From: Candidatus Kaelpia imicola
Lineage (GTDB): Bacteria > Omnitrophota > Gorgyraeia > Kaelpiales > Kaelpiaceae
DNA length: 64,000 bases
Reading direction: 5' to 3'
NCBI GenBank assembly: GCA_030765505.1
Contig: JAVCCL010000032.1
Location: 34,807-98,806, forward strand
Part shown: in pieces, positions 40,129-51,089 of the stretch
How positions within the stretch are numbered: the stretch's first letter is position 1
Layout of the letters: every line of letters starts with the position of its first letter
Program-made: the position numbers and the translations under genes
Notes under the pieces: generated by a model
The model's database searches: none
The model's input: only the letters and a program-made list of their open reading frames with translations
Told to the model about the DNA's origin: nothing

Positions 40129-40638
40129 ATGAAAAGATTAACCTTTGCCGTTACCGGTTTAGTTTTAATTTTATCTTCTTTAGGCTACGCTCAAGATAGG
40201 GTGCTTCTATTAAGAGAGGCAAAAGAACATAGGAGAGCAACCGCTGCAGTCGAGGCTTATCTAGAAGGCAATATTCTGGAAGTAAAAGTAATAGCCAGGA
40301 TGGATAGGACAAAACCTAGAATATATAATGTGATAGTGATTGGTCCTAAGATTGGTCGCTTGGTACCTAAGATGCGTGAGACTCTTTATCCTACTATGGA
40401 AGACGAAGAGCCTTTTCCGACAAAAAAAAGTGGTGGTTTTATAAGGTTCTCCAGTAAAGAAGAAGCAAAGAAAACATCGGGAACGCTTACAAAAGAGCTC
40501 TTAAAATTTGAGATACCAAGCGAGAAAGTGGTAGCTGGAAAGCGTTATCAGATCTGGGTTAAGATAGAGAGCATGCAGAGAGGCGGCGATAAAGAATCAT
40601 TTAAGTTTGACTTAGAGGATTTTGCCGGTTATTTCTAA
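40129..40638 (+). CDS. Exported hypothetical protein
   Basis: RBS AGGAGG; signal peptide ending LGYA. Confidence 0.7.
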   Translation: MKRLTFAVTGLVLILSSLGYAQDRVLLLREAKEHRRATAAVEAYLEGNILEVKVIARMDRTKPRIYNVIVIGPKIGRLVPKMRETLYPTMEDEEPFPTKKSGGFIRFSSKEEAKKTSGTLTKELLKFEIPSEKVVAGKRYQIWVKIESMQRGGDKESFKFDLEDFAGYF

Positions 40639-40753
40639 AGTCTGCTTTTATAATTTTTCTCTTTTTTCTAATTTGAAAAGTAGTTAATTTTCTGTATAAT
40701 ATAGTTGTAGTTAATAGCTATAGTATCTTTCAATTTGCGAAGGGGGGGGGATT

Positions 40754-41662
40754 TTGAGGTTATACTTAAGATTTTTGATAATAATCAGTCTGTTTTTTTT
40801 ATCTAATCTCAATATCAATAATTCTTTTGCCAGAAGAACAAAAACCATCCCTAATGAGAATAATCCAGACGATAAGCTTGGTTCTGATATAGATTTGGCA
40901 CAACAAGAGCTTAGAGAGATAAAGCAGAGATCAGGTCTTTCTATAGAAGATTTTGCTAAGGAATTAAACATATCAGTTATGTTTATGCGTTTATACCTTG
41001 TAGGTAATATGGCTATCCCTGATGCTCGCCTTTAAGAGGCTCGAGAGAGATTTAAGCCTGGTCAGGATAGAGTGGCAGTGCTTGTAAGGCTGCAATCTGA
41101 ATTTGGATTAAATAGAAAAGTACTTGCTTTAAAACTTGGTATAACAAAGTTTCATCTAAGTAAGATATTAGGCTATAAAGTTCCTGTTTCAGATGAGATA
41201 TTCAATAAGTCAACTCAGCTTTATAGGCTAAATATGTTAATTAGGTTGCAGGATACATTGAGTGTTGATAATTCTGTTTTAGCTGAGGAGCTTGAAGTTA
41301 AGCTTAGTGAATTAGAAAAGATTCTTAGTGCAGAAGCAGATATAGCAGATGATATGGTTGAAAAGATAAGTCAATTGCAGCAAAAACATGCGCAGGAAAA
41401 TCAGAGAGAGTTTTATTATCCCGGTTATATCTATGCCCGCTGGCTGCTTGAAGAAGCAATAAATATATTGGGTGTAGAGGAGAAAGATTTTGCCAAAAGC
41501 ATAAAAACATCAGCAGAGAGTTTGACAAGGATATTACATGCCGGCAGTCCTATTGAAATCTCCTGTATAAAAAAGGCTCAGGATTTATTAAGTGATGAAG
41601 AGTTCACAAAGTATAAAGAAAGAATGGAAGAACGAATAGCTGAATTTATCAGTTCCTATTAA
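40754..41662 (+). pseudogene. FARR-leader protein with four XRE-like HTH repeats, interrupted by in-frame TAA (41033-41035)
   Basis: Leader ending NNSFA-RR; ORFs 40754 and 41072 are in frame; repeats GLSIEDFAKELNIS, GLNRKVLALKLGIT, SVDNSVLAEELEVK, GVEEKDFAKSIKTS. Confidence 0.7.
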
Positions 41663-41844
41663 AATTCAGATTAAATATTTAATTTTTAGCTTGTTTAAAA
41701 TAGATAAGTTTAGTATTTTAATCCCAACCTCTATGGAGTGGTCTCATCTCAAAGAAGAGTTATAAAATTCTCCAAATTGCTGTTGATTAGTTAGTCCTTA
41801 TTGGTATAATAGTGCTCAAATTTCAACCATTATAAGGAGGGTCT

Positions 41845-44800
41845 ATGCCGAAGCGTTCTGATATCCACAAAGTTCTAATAATAGGGTCAGGTCCGATTAT
41901 TATAGGGCAAGCTTGTGAATTTGACTATTCAGGTACTCAGGCCTGTAAGGCTCTTAAAGAAGAAGGTTATGAGGTTATCCTTGTCAATTCTAATCCGGCA
42001 ACTATCATGACTGATCCTGATATGGCTGACAAAACATACATAGAACCTTTAACGATTGAGAGTATAGCAAAAATTATAGAGAAAGAGAGGCCTGATGCTT
42101 TACTTCCTAATCTTGGCGGTCAGACAGGACTAAATCTATCTTCTACCTTATATAAAGAAGGAATACTTGATAAATACAATGTTGAGGTAATAGGAGTAAA
42201 GACTGATGCTATAGAACGCGGCGAAGATAGGCTGGTTTTTAAAGAGACAATGGATAAACTTGGTATTCCGCTTGCAAAGTCTGAGATATCTCACTCGGTT
42301 GAGGAAGCAGAAAGAATAGCCAGCGAACTATGTTATCCCGTTGTATTACGCCCTGCATATACTATGGGTGGTACAGGAGGAGGCATAGCTTATAATGTTG
42401 AAGAGTTAAGGACCATAGTTACGCGTGGTCTAGCGGCAAGCATTGTAAATCAAGTTTTAGTTGAAGAAGCTGTTATCGGCTGGGAGGAGCTTGAGCTTGA
42501 AGTAGTCCGTGATGCTAAAGATCAGAAAATTACAGTATGTTTTATTGAAAATGTAGATGCGATGGGGGTTCATACCGGGGATAGTTTCTGTGTTGCGCCG
42601 ATGCTTACGGTATCTGATGATCTGCAGAAAAAATTAGAGGATATTTCATATAAAATAGTAGATGCAATAGGTGTAACAGGCGGGACAAATGTTCAATTTG
42701 CCCATAACAAAAAAGACGGAAGAATAGTTGTTATTGAGATAAATCCCAGAACCTCTCGCTCATCAGCTCTGGCCTCAAAGGCAACAGGCTTTCCTATTGC
42801 AAGGGTCTCTACCAAGCTTGCAGTAGGCCTAACAATGGATGAGATTCCTTATTGGAGAGATGGAACGTTGGAGAAGTACACCCCCTCGGGTGATTATGTT
42901 GTAGTTAAATTTGCACGTTGGGCATTTGAAAAGTTCTCACAAGCAAAAGATATACTTGGTACTCAGATGAAAGCAGTGGGAGAGGCTATGAGTATTGCTA
43001 AAACTTTTAAAGAGTCTTTTCAGAAATCTATCAGGTCTCTTGAGATAAAGAGGTATGGTTTAGGAGGAGTGAAAAAATTTAGAGACCTTTCGTTAGATGA
43101 GTTAAAAAAGAAGCTGATATACCCATCAAGTGAAAGAGTCTTTATTGTATATGAAGCTTTAAGAAAAGGTATCACGGTAGAAGAGCTTTATAAGATTACT
43201 CATATAGGAGAATGGTTTTTGGAAGAGATAAAAGAGCTGGTTGATTTTGAAGAGAAAATAGCTACTGGAGATTGGAAAAGTTTATCTGAGGGTAATTTGA
43301 GAAAAGCTAAAGAACTTGGGTTCTCTGACAAATATTTAGCTTCTATCTTCTGTGTTGAAGAGAAAGAAGTTAGAGAGAAGAGAGTCTCTTTAGATATAAA
43401 TGTTCGCTTTGAAGCTGTACCTGTAAGCGGAGTCGAAGATACAGCCTATTATTATTCGACCTATTCTAAAGGAGAAGATGAAGTTTCTGTATCGGATAAT
43501 AAAAAGATTATGATTCTCGGTGGAGGGCCTAATAGAATAGGCCAGGGTATAGAGTTTGACTATACCTGTGTCCATGCTGCATTTGCTTTAAAGGATGAAG
43601 GTTTTGAAACTATTATGGTTAACTGCAATCCTGAAACCGTCTCTACCGATTATGATACTTCTGATAAGTTATATTTTGAGCCTCTGACGGTTGAAGATGT
43701 TTTAGCTGTATACAAAAAAGAGAAACCTCAAGGTATTATAGTTCAATTTGGCGGCCAGACACCATTAAATATTGCCCAGGAGCTAAAAGATTGCGGGGTT
43801 AATATATTGGGGACTTCTCCTGAGAGTATTCATTTTGCAGAAGATAGAGAACGTTTTAGAAAAAAGATGATAGATTTAAGTGTTCTTCAGCCCGAGAGTG
43901 GTATAGCACGTTCAGTAGATGAGACTGTAAAGATAGCTGATAATATCGGATATCCTCTTATGGTTAGACCCTCTTTTGTTTTAGGGGGGCGGGGTATGGA
44001 GGTTATATATGACGAAGATAGGCTCTTAAAATATGCTGAGGAGGCGATAGACGTATCGCCTGAATACCCGATGCTTATTGATAGATTCTTAGAGAATGCT
44101 GTTGAGCTTGAAGTCGATGCTTTATCGGATGGTGAGGATACTTTTGTTGCTTCTGTTATGGAACATATTGAGTATGCCGGAGTACACTCTGGTGATTCTG
44201 CCTGTGTTATTCCAACCAGAACTATATCTAAAGAACATCTTGATAAAATAGAGGAGTATACTAGGTCAATAGCAAAAGAGCTTAAAGTTGTAGGACTGAT
44301 AAATATTCAATATGCTATCTGTGATAATAAGGTCTATATCTTAGAAGCAAACCCTAGAGCATCCCGTACAGTACCTTTGGTTTCAAAAGTTACCGGAATA
44401 CCTATAGCGAGAATTGCAACGCTTCTTATGCTGGGTAAAAAGATAAAAGATTTTAAGGAATTAAAAAAATATAATTTACCTTACTTTGGAATTAAAGAGG
44501 CGGTCTTCCCTTTCAATATGTTTCCTGAGGTTGATCCTGTATTAGGACCTGAGATGAAGGCAACAGGTGAGGTGATGGGTATAGCCGATAGTTTCGGGCT
44601 TGCGTTTTATAAGGCTCAGGAAGCTGCTGGTGTTAAATTACCAACTTCAGGAGCTGTTCTTTTGACAGTTAAAAATAAGGATAAAGAGCCGCTTCTTCCA
44701 ATCGCAAAAGGGTTGGATAGGTTAGGTTTTAAGATCTATGCTACAGATGGTACGGCCGATTTTCTAAAAGATAACGGCATAGAAGTTCTAAGGGTAAAGA

Positions 44801-45048
44801 AACTGCATCAGGGTAGGCCCAACATAGTAGATCTTATTAAAAATAAAAAGCTTCAGCTTATTATAAATACTCCTGTTGGTAAAGAGAGCAAGTATGATGA
44901 CAGCTACATTAGGATTATGGCTATTCAGAATAAAGTCTCTTATATGACTACTATCTCAGCTGCATTGGCTGGAGTAGAAGGAATTGAAGCTGCTAAAGAT
45001 AAAGAGCTTACAGTTAAGGCTTTGCAGGATTATTATAAGGATAAATAG
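41845..45048 (+). CDS. carB: Carbamoyl-phosphate synthase large subunit
   Basis: MPKRSDI..IGSGPIIIGQACEFDYSG, duplicated ATP-grasp, MGS domain. Confidence 0.99.
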   Translation: MPKRSDIHKVLIIGSGPIIIGQACEFDYSGTQACKALKEEGYEVILVNSNPATIMTDPDMADKTYIEPLTIESIAKIIEKERPDALLPNLGGQTGLNLSSTLYKEGILDKYNVEVIGVKTDAIERGEDRLVFKETMDKLGIPLAKSEISHSVEEAERIASELCYPVVLRPAYTMGGTGGGIAYNVEELRTIVTRGLAASIVNQVLVEEAVIGWEELELEVVRDAKDQKITVCFIENVDAMGVHTGDSFCVAPMLTVSDDLQKKLEDISYKIVDAIGVTGGTNVQFAHNKKDGRIVVIEINPRTSRSSALASKATGFPIARVSTKLAVGLTMDEIPYWRDGTLEKYTPSGDYVVVKFARWAFEKFSQAKDILGTQMKAVGEAMSIAKTFKESFQKSIRSLEIKRYGLGGVKKFRDLSLDELKKKLIYPSSERVFIVYEALRKGITVEELYKITHIGEWFLEEIKELVDFEEKIATGDWKSLSEGNLRKAKELGFSDKYLASIFCVEEKEVREKRVSLDINVRFEAVPVSGVEDTAYYYSTYSKGEDEVSVSDNKKIMILGGGPNRIGQGIEFDYTCVHAAFALKDEGFETIMVNCNPETVSTDYDTSDKLYFEPLTVEDVLAVYKKEKPQGIIVQFGGQTPLNIAQELKDCGVNILGTSPESIHFAEDRERFRKKMIDLSVLQPESGIARSVDETVKIADNIGYPLMVRPSFVLGGRGMEVIYDEDRLLKYAEEAIDVSPEYPMLIDRFLENAVELEVDALSDGEDTFVASVMEHIEYAGVHSGDSACVIPTRTISKEHLDKIEEYTRSIAKELKVVGLINIQYAICDNKVYILEANPRASRTVPLVSKVTGIPIARIATLLMLGKKIKDFKELKKYNLPYFGIKEAVFPFNMFPEVDPVLGPEMKATGEVMGIADSFGLAFYKAQEAAGVKLPTSGAVLLTVKNKDKEPLLPIAKGLDRLGFKIYATDGTADFLKDNGIEVLRVKKLHQGRPNIVDLIKNKKLQLIINTPVGKESKYDDSYIRIMAIQNKVSYMTTISAALAGVEGIEAAKDKELTVKALQDYYKDK

Positions 45049-45075
45049 CAGTTCTTTTTATCCTTCAACTCTGAT

Positions 45076-46299
45076 ATGAAGCGTTTTACTTTCCATAAAC
45101 CGGAACTGGTTGTTCCTGCCGGTGACTGGCCATCTTTAGTCACGGCTATTGAGAATGGGGCAGATAGTATTTACTTCGGTATCCAAGGATTAAATATGCG
45201 CGAACGCGCCTCCAATTTTAAGATTTCAGACTTAAAGAAGATCATGCGATTATTACACGAGAGAAAGGTAAAAGGATATCTCACTCTCAATGTCGTAGTC
45301 ATGAATGATGAATTAAGAAGAGCAGAGAAGATTTTGTTAAAGGCTAATGAGAGCAATATTGATGCTGTAATAGCATGGGATATGGCTATTATCTCCTTGG
45401 CAAAAAGAATGGGATTAAAAATTCATCTCTCAACTCAAGCCAGCGTCTCTAATATTGAAGCAATAAGATGCTATAACAGATTAGGTATTAAGAGAGTTGT
45501 TTTAGCACGGGAATGTAGTCTCTCTGATATAAGAAAGATTAAAGGTTTAATAAAAAGAGAAAATATAGATACCCAGATAGAGACTTTTATCCATGGTGCG
45601 ATGTGTGTCAGTATATCGGGAAGATGTTTTTTATCTGAATATTCTTATGGAGAGTCTGCAAACAGAGGCAGGTGTCTTCAGCCTTGCAGGCGTGAGTTCA
45701 TTATAAAAGAGAGGCGGGGCGATTTGGAGTATAGTTTAGGGAAAGACTATATCTTAAGCCCAAAAGACTTATGTACGATAGATTTTATAGATAGTTTAAT
45801 AAGAGCAGAGATAGATGCTTTTAAGATTGAAGGCAGGATGCGTTCTCCAGAGTATATAAAGGCTGTAGTATCTACCTATAGAGAGGCAATAGATGCTTTT
45901 TATGAAAATAGGCTAAACGAATCTTTAAAAAAGAAACTTAAGAAAAAACTTAAGAGTGTATATAATAGAGGATTTTCAGACGGCTTCTATTTTAAAAACC
46001 CTGATGGAGATATAAGCAGGCGTTTAGAGCATCTCTATGAGAAGATATATTTAGGTGAGGTTAAAAAGTATTATCCTAAGATTTCTGTTGCAGAGATATT
46101 AATCCAAGCCGGTACTCTAAAAAAAGAGGATGAGTTATTATTTATAGGTAAAAGTACTTCAGCTCAATTTGTAAAAGCGTCTGAAATTCAGCAAAAGCAT
46201 AAATATGTAACTCGAGTAAAGAAAAGCGAATTAGCCGGAATCAAAATTCCTTTTAGAGTCAAAGAGAGAGACAAGGTCTATATCTGGAGAAAAAAATAA
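45076..46299 (+). CDS. U32 peptidase family protein (tRNA/rRNA hydroxylation type)
   Basis: PEL..PAG, IHLSTQ, HGAMC.S.SGRC, NRG.C.QPCR, KIEGRM. Confidence 0.92.
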   Translation: MKRFTFHKPELVVPAGDWPSLVTAIENGADSIYFGIQGLNMRERASNFKISDLKKIMRLLHERKVKGYLTLNVVVMNDELRRAEKILLKANESNIDAVIAWDMAIISLAKRMGLKIHLSTQASVSNIEAIRCYNRLGIKRVVLARECSLSDIRKIKGLIKRENIDTQIETFIHGAMCVSISGRCFLSEYSYGESANRGRCLQPCRREFIIKERRGDLEYSLGKDYILSPKDLCTIDFIDSLIRAEIDAFKIEGRMRSPEYIKAVVSTYREAIDAFYENRLNESLKKKLKKKLKSVYNRGFSDGFYFKNPDGDISRRLEHLYEKIYLGEVKKYYPKISVAEILIQAGTLKKEDELLFIGKSTSAQFVKASEIQQKHKYVTRVKKSELAGIKIPFRVKERDKVYIWRKK

Positions 46300-46395
46300 G
46301 AATAGAGGTAGTGTAGTATGGCGCTAATGTCTCTTTGAAAACGTTAAAAGTTTTATATTGAAATTGAGTTTATAGATTAAAAACAAGTGTTAATT

Positions 46396-46662
46396 TTAAC
46401 CCTTTGCTTTGTTTAGTAGGATCTGTAATCTTGATATATAGCGTGAAGCTTTATTCTTGTGAATAATGTTTTTGCTTTCAGCCTGCATCAATCTCTTTTT
46501 AAGTTCTTCAAAATATTCTTCAGCTTCTGATAGTTTTTTCTCTGCTACCAGTACTCTGAATTTCTTGATTTTAGTCTTAAGTTCTGATTTTACAGTTTTA
46601 TTTTTAGACTCTCTCTTTACATTTTGCCTGAGTCTTTTGCAGGCAGACTTTAAATTCGGCAT
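46396..46662 (-). CDS. rpsT: 30S ribosomal protein S20
   Basis: MPNLKSACKRLRQ, IIHKNKASR; RBS GGAGG. Confidence 0.95.
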   Translation of the reverse strand: MPNLKSACKRLRQNVKRESKNKTVKSELKTKIKKFRVLVAEKKLSEAEEYFEELKKRLMQAESKNIIHKNKASRYISRLQILLNKAKG

Positions 46663-46746
46663 TGTAAAACCTCCAGTTTTGAGACAAAATATAGCATATA
46701 TCATTTCGGTTTGTCAAACAATTTTAATAGATATATAAGCATAAAT

Positions 46747-48282
46747 ATGTTTAGACAGATATTAAGGAACTCTTTTACGATTGGAACAGCCACTTTTATC
46801 AGCAGGGTATTGGGGTTTATACGAGATATTTTGATTGCTTTTTTCTTTGGAACCGGCTATGAAGCTCAGGCTTTTGTTGTGGCTTTTCGTCTTCCGAATA
46901 TCTGGCGTAGTTTCGTGGGGGAGGAGGCGGTTAATGCTGCGGTTGTCCCGGTTCTATCTGAATATAGAGCTAAGGAAGATTCAGACAATTTTAAAGGTCT
47001 ATCTAAATCTCTTATAAAGTCTTCTGCCTTCATGTTGACTTTGGTTACTATAGGTGGGATTTTTTTTGCTCCATTGTTAATTAAGTTGATAGCACCTGGC
47101 TTTATAGCTGATATCCAAAAATATGTTCTCTCCGTTAGGTTGACCAGGGTAATATTTCCTTATGTACTTCTTATAGGGTTAACGGCTATAGTAGCGGGTA
47201 TTGCAATGTCTCAACGGATATTCTGGAGCTATTCCTGGGCTCCTGCCGTTTTAAATATCTCTATCATATCCAGCATTCTTGTCTTAGGCAGAAGATATGG
47301 AGTCTATGCATTGGCTTTTGGGATAATAATAGGTGGGGTCATTCAGCTTTTGATGCAGTTTTTTGCTATAAGAGGAAAAGGAGTGTATAGGGCAAAGACC
47401 AGGATGTTCCATCCGGAATATGGTAGGATTTGGAAGCTGTTGCTCCCCAGGTTTCTTGGTGCTGGAGTCTATCAAGTTAGCATATTTATAGATACTATCT
47501 TAGCCTCTCTTCAATCCATCGTAGGTTCCGGTGCTATTGCAGCTCTGTATTATGCTCAAAGGTTTGTACAGCTTCCACTGGCTGTTTTTGCTACCTCTCT
47601 TGCAACTGCGGTACTGCCTTTCTTCTCTGCCAGGAGAACAAAAAATGAAAATGCATCTATAGGAGATAATCTGCTTCTCTCTTTAAGGTTCGTCTCTTTT
47701 ATTATGATACCTGCGACGTTTGGTTTTTTCATTTTAGCAAAAGAGATAATATCTGTTGTTTTTCAACATGGTAGTTTCTCTAGTTATTCTACAGCTATAA
47801 CATCTGGTGCTCTGAGGTTCTATGCTTTAGGTCTGCTATTTTATGCGGGTATAAAGATTCTCGTTGTTACTTTCTATTCTATGCAGGATACTTTGACGCC
47901 GGTAAAGATATCGGTGATATCTTTAGCTGTAAATATAGCAGCTAGCATTGCCTTGATGTTTCCAATGAAAGTCTCAGGCTTATGTCTTGCCACCTCTTTT
48001 GCGGCAAGTTGTAATTTTATTCTGCTGTTCCTGGCTTTAAATAAAAAGATAAAGTTTTATAATAAAAATTTTGTATCAGGTATTTTAAAGATCTTGCTTT
48101 GCTCTGTTATCATGGCTGGAGCCCTACTCTTTACCAAGAGGTTGTTTTTGGAAAATATCTCTTCAGATATTTTGGTGCTTATCTCCCTGATATTGATATC
48201 AATATTTGTCTATCTATTTTCAAGTCTTTTTATAAACAGCGAAGATTTGCGGAGATTTATATGGTCTGGAAAGAAAAGATAG
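46747..48282 (+). CDS. murJ: Lipid II flippase MurJ
   Basis: SRVLGFIRD, AF..AFRLPN, QLP. Confidence 0.95.
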   Translation: MFRQILRNSFTIGTATFISRVLGFIRDILIAFFFGTGYEAQAFVVAFRLPNIWRSFVGEEAVNAAVVPVLSEYRAKEDSDNFKGLSKSLIKSSAFMLTLVTIGGIFFAPLLIKLIAPGFIADIQKYVLSVRLTRVIFPYVLLIGLTAIVAGIAMSQRIFWSYSWAPAVLNISIISSILVLGRRYGVYALAFGIIIGGVIQLLMQFFAIRGKGVYRAKTRMFHPEYGRIWKLLLPRFLGAGVYQVSIFIDTILASLQSIVGSGAIAALYYAQRFVQLPLAVFATSLATAVLPFFSARRTKNENASIGDNLLLSLRFVSFIMIPATFGFFILAKEIISVVFQHGSFSSYSTAITSGALRFYALGLLFYAGIKILVVTFYSMQDTLTPVKISVISLAVNIAASIALMFPMKVSGLCLATSFAASCNFILLFLALNKKIKFYNKNFVSGILKILLCSVIMAGALLFTKRLFLENISSDILVLISLILISIFVYLFSSLFINSEDLRRFIWSGKKR

Positions 48283-49682
48283 ATAAGCTTCCGGATTTAG
48301 CCGGTGTCTATATTTTTAAAGATGTAAAAAGAGAGACTATTTATATAGGAAAAGCTAAATCAATATTTAAAAGAGTCTATAACCATTTTTATTCCAAAAA
48401 TACTAGCTCAAAAAGCGAGAGATTGATTTCCAGAGTAAAGAATATTGATTATATTATCACCTCTTCTGAGGCTGAAGCGTTATTGCTTGAATCATATCTT
48501 ATTAAAAGAGAGAAGCCTTTTTACAATATAAGTTTAAAGGATGATAAGTCTTATCCTTACCTTAAAATTATGCTTAAAGATGATTTCCCGCGTATCTTTG
48601 TAGCTCGCAATAAGAGTAAAGATGGTTCGCTCTATCTGGGCCCCTATCCGGATGTTAAGGGATTGAAGTTGACTCTTAAAATTTTGAGAGGGATTGTTCC
48701 TTTTAGAAGTTGTAGAAATTTTAGTAAGAACGGATGCCTTTATTTACATATAGGTTTCTGTCCTGGGCCTTGCCTGAGCAAAATAAGCCAAGCAGAGTAT
48801 CGCAAGAGCATATTAATTATAGTGAAGACTCTTCTTGGAGATAGAGAAGGTGTAGTGAAAGATTTAACGGAAGAGATGGACGGCTATGTTAAAGATAGAG
48901 AGTATGAGAAAGCTGCTAAGGTACGGGATAGATTGAGGGCTTTGGGAGGCAGTTCAGGCATCTTTGGTCTTAGCGGAGGGATTAATGTACTGGAGAACAT
49001 AAAGAAGATTTTAAATCTTCCTAAAGTGCCCCGCATTATTGATGCTGTGGATATATCTAATATATCTGGCACTTCTGCAGCAGGAGCCGTGGTTAGATTT
49101 AAAGACGGAGTTAGAGATAAAAATCTCTATCGCAAATTTAGGCTAAAAAAACAGAATTTTATAGATGATTATGAAATGATGTCTGAAGTTATGCTGAGGC
49201 GTTACAGGGATCTTTTCAAGAAAAAAGAAGATTTGCCTGATCTTATCATGCTTGATGGCGGTAAGGGTCATCTGAATAGAATTAGTGCGATTATTAACAA
49301 GGATTTTAAAATAGATATACCTTTGATTGCCTATGCTAAAGGAAGAGATCTCATTCACTCCGGATATAGAAAGAGCCCCGTAGCTCTATCTCAAAATTCT
49401 TTGGAGAAGAATCTTCTTATCAGGATAAGAGATGAGGCTCACAGGTTTGCTATTGGATACCACAGGCGTTTGAGAGGGAAGAGAATGAAAAAGACTGCTT
49501 TTGAAAATATACCCGGAGTCGGTATATCTAAAGTCAATGCTGTTTTAAAATACCTCAGCGATTTAGGTCGCTATAAAGATATATCGGTTTCAGATCTAAA
49601 AAGAATTAAAGGCATCGGCGATATGCTTGCAGGGAGGATATATAATTATGTTAAAAAGAAAGGAATTAAAGAAACTTCTTAA
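48261..49682 (+). CDS. uvrC: Excinuclease ABC subunit C
   Basis: GIY-YIG GVY..YIGKA, DDKSYPY, DISN, DGGKG, RDEAHRFA. Confidence 0.95.
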   Translation: MVWKEKIDKLPDLAGVYIFKDVKRETIYIGKAKSIFKRVYNHFYSKNTSSKSERLISRVKNIDYIITSSEAEALLLESYLIKREKPFYNISLKDDKSYPYLKIMLKDDFPRIFVARNKSKDGSLYLGPYPDVKGLKLTLKILRGIVPFRSCRNFSKNGCLYLHIGFCPGPCLSKISQAEYRKSILIIVKTLLGDREGVVKDLTEEMDGYVKDREYEKAAKVRDRLRALGGSSGIFGLSGGINVLENIKKILNLPKVPRIIDAVDISNISGTSAAGAVVRFKDGVRDKNLYRKFRLKKQNFIDDYEMMSEVMLRRYRDLFKKKEDLPDLIMLDGGKGHLNRISAIINKDFKIDIPLIAYAKGRDLIHSGYRKSPVALSQNSLEKNLLIRIRDEAHRFAIGYHRRLRGKRMKKTAFENIPGVGISKVNAVLKYLSDLGRYKDISVSDLKRIKGIGDMLAGRIYNYVKKKGIKETS

Positions 49683-49968
49683 AGGGTTGCCGAAGTTTAA
49701 AGAGATGGTATATCTTAAGATATTGGAGATTCCCTATGGAGAGACCCGTAGTTATAAACGGGTTGCAGAAGAGATTGGAGTTTCAAATAGAGTAAGGGCT
49801 GTTGCGAGAGCTATATCAGAGAACCCTTATCCTTTCCTAATACCCTGTCATCGAGTTATAAGGAGCGATGGAACCCCTGGCGGATATATGTTTGGTTTGG
49901 AAATTAAAAAGAAGTTACTAGATTTGGAAAAAAGAGTAAAATCCGTTATAATAGAGAAGTCTAGGTAA
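49648..49968 (+). CDS. MGMT-family O6-alkylguanine DNA alkyltransferase (short form)
   Basis: IPYGETRSY, RAVA, NP..IPCHRV. Confidence 0.88.
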   Translation: MLKRKELKKLLKGLPKFKEMVYLKILEIPYGETRSYKRVAEEIGVSNRVRAVARAISENPYPFLIPCHRVIRSDGTPGGYMFGLEIKKKLLDLEKRVKSVIIEKSR

Positions 49969-50005
49969 CCTGTTTGTATATATTATGAATCTATTGGGAG
50001 GAGAT

Positions 50006-51080
50006 ATGAGAGATAACTTAATACAGAGAGTGGTAGAGCTTAAAGAGAGATTTCAAGAACTGCGAGGTTTTCTTTAACCTGGATAAAAAGAATAAACATA
50101 TAGCAGAGATAGAAGAGAAGATATCTCAGCCTGGATTTTGGGATCAGGGCTCTATAAATACCAGCATCCTTAAAGAACTCAAAATCCTTAAAGAGAGTGT
50201 TGGAGATTCCAAGTTTTTAGAGAGAGAGTTAAAAGATTTAAAAGAGTTGATTGATATATCAACGGATGAAGAGGACAATTCTTTGTCTTTAGAGTTGAAA
50301 AAAGTTGAGTCAGAGATTAATAGATTAGAATTCAAGGCTTACCTAAGTGAACCCCATGATTCCGGCAATGCTATAATGTCAATCCATGCCGGGGCTGGCG
50401 GTACGGAGTCTTGTGACTGGACTCAGATGTTAATCAGAATGTATTCCAGGTGGGTTGAAAAAAGAGGGTATAAGATAGAGATGCTGGATATTCTAGAAGG
50501 TGAAGAGGCTGGTGTTAAAAATGCTACTTTTATCATAAAGGGCGATTATGTCTACGGTTTTTTAAAGGCTGAGAAAGGGGTTCATAGATTGGTGAGAATA
50601 TCACCTTTTGATGCGAATAAGCGCAGACATACTTCTTTTGCATTAGTTGAGGTGCTGCCTGAAGTCGAAGATATTGAAGTTAATATAGATGGTAAAGATT
50701 TAAGAATTGATACATTCCGTTCTTCTGGTGCCGGCGGTCAGCATGTGAATGTAACGGACTCTGCAATACGAATAACGCATAACCCAACCGGCATTGTTGT
50801 TGAGTGCCAGAATGAACGTTCCCAGCATAAAAATAAAGCTACAGCTATGAAGGTCCTGAGATCTAAGCTTTATGATTTAAATAAAGAGAAGCAGAAGGAA
50901 GAGCTTCAGGAGATGCGGGTTAAAGGAGATATAGGCTGGGGTTACCAGATACGTTCCTACGTCTTACATCCCTATACCATGGCAAAAGACCATAGAACTG
51001 GATTGGAGGTTGGTAATGTCCAGGGTGTATTAAATGGTAACATAGACGGTTTTATAGAAGCCTATTTGAAGAAAAGGTAA
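50006..51080 (+). CDS. prfB: Peptide chain release factor 2, programmed +1 frameshift at 50072-50078
   Basis: ORF1 from ATG 50006 ends GAGGT-TTT-CTT-TAA-C; the +1 frame continues NLDKK..FWD into SPF and GGQ motifs. Confidence 0.95.
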
Positions 51081-51089
51081 GGGTATACC

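Noticed and set aside
33141-41035. TAA stop-codon reassignment explaining in-frame stops
   Set aside because: Many core genes here (rpoN, prfB, rpsT, feoB) end normally in TAA; isolated nonsense mutations or errors are simpler.
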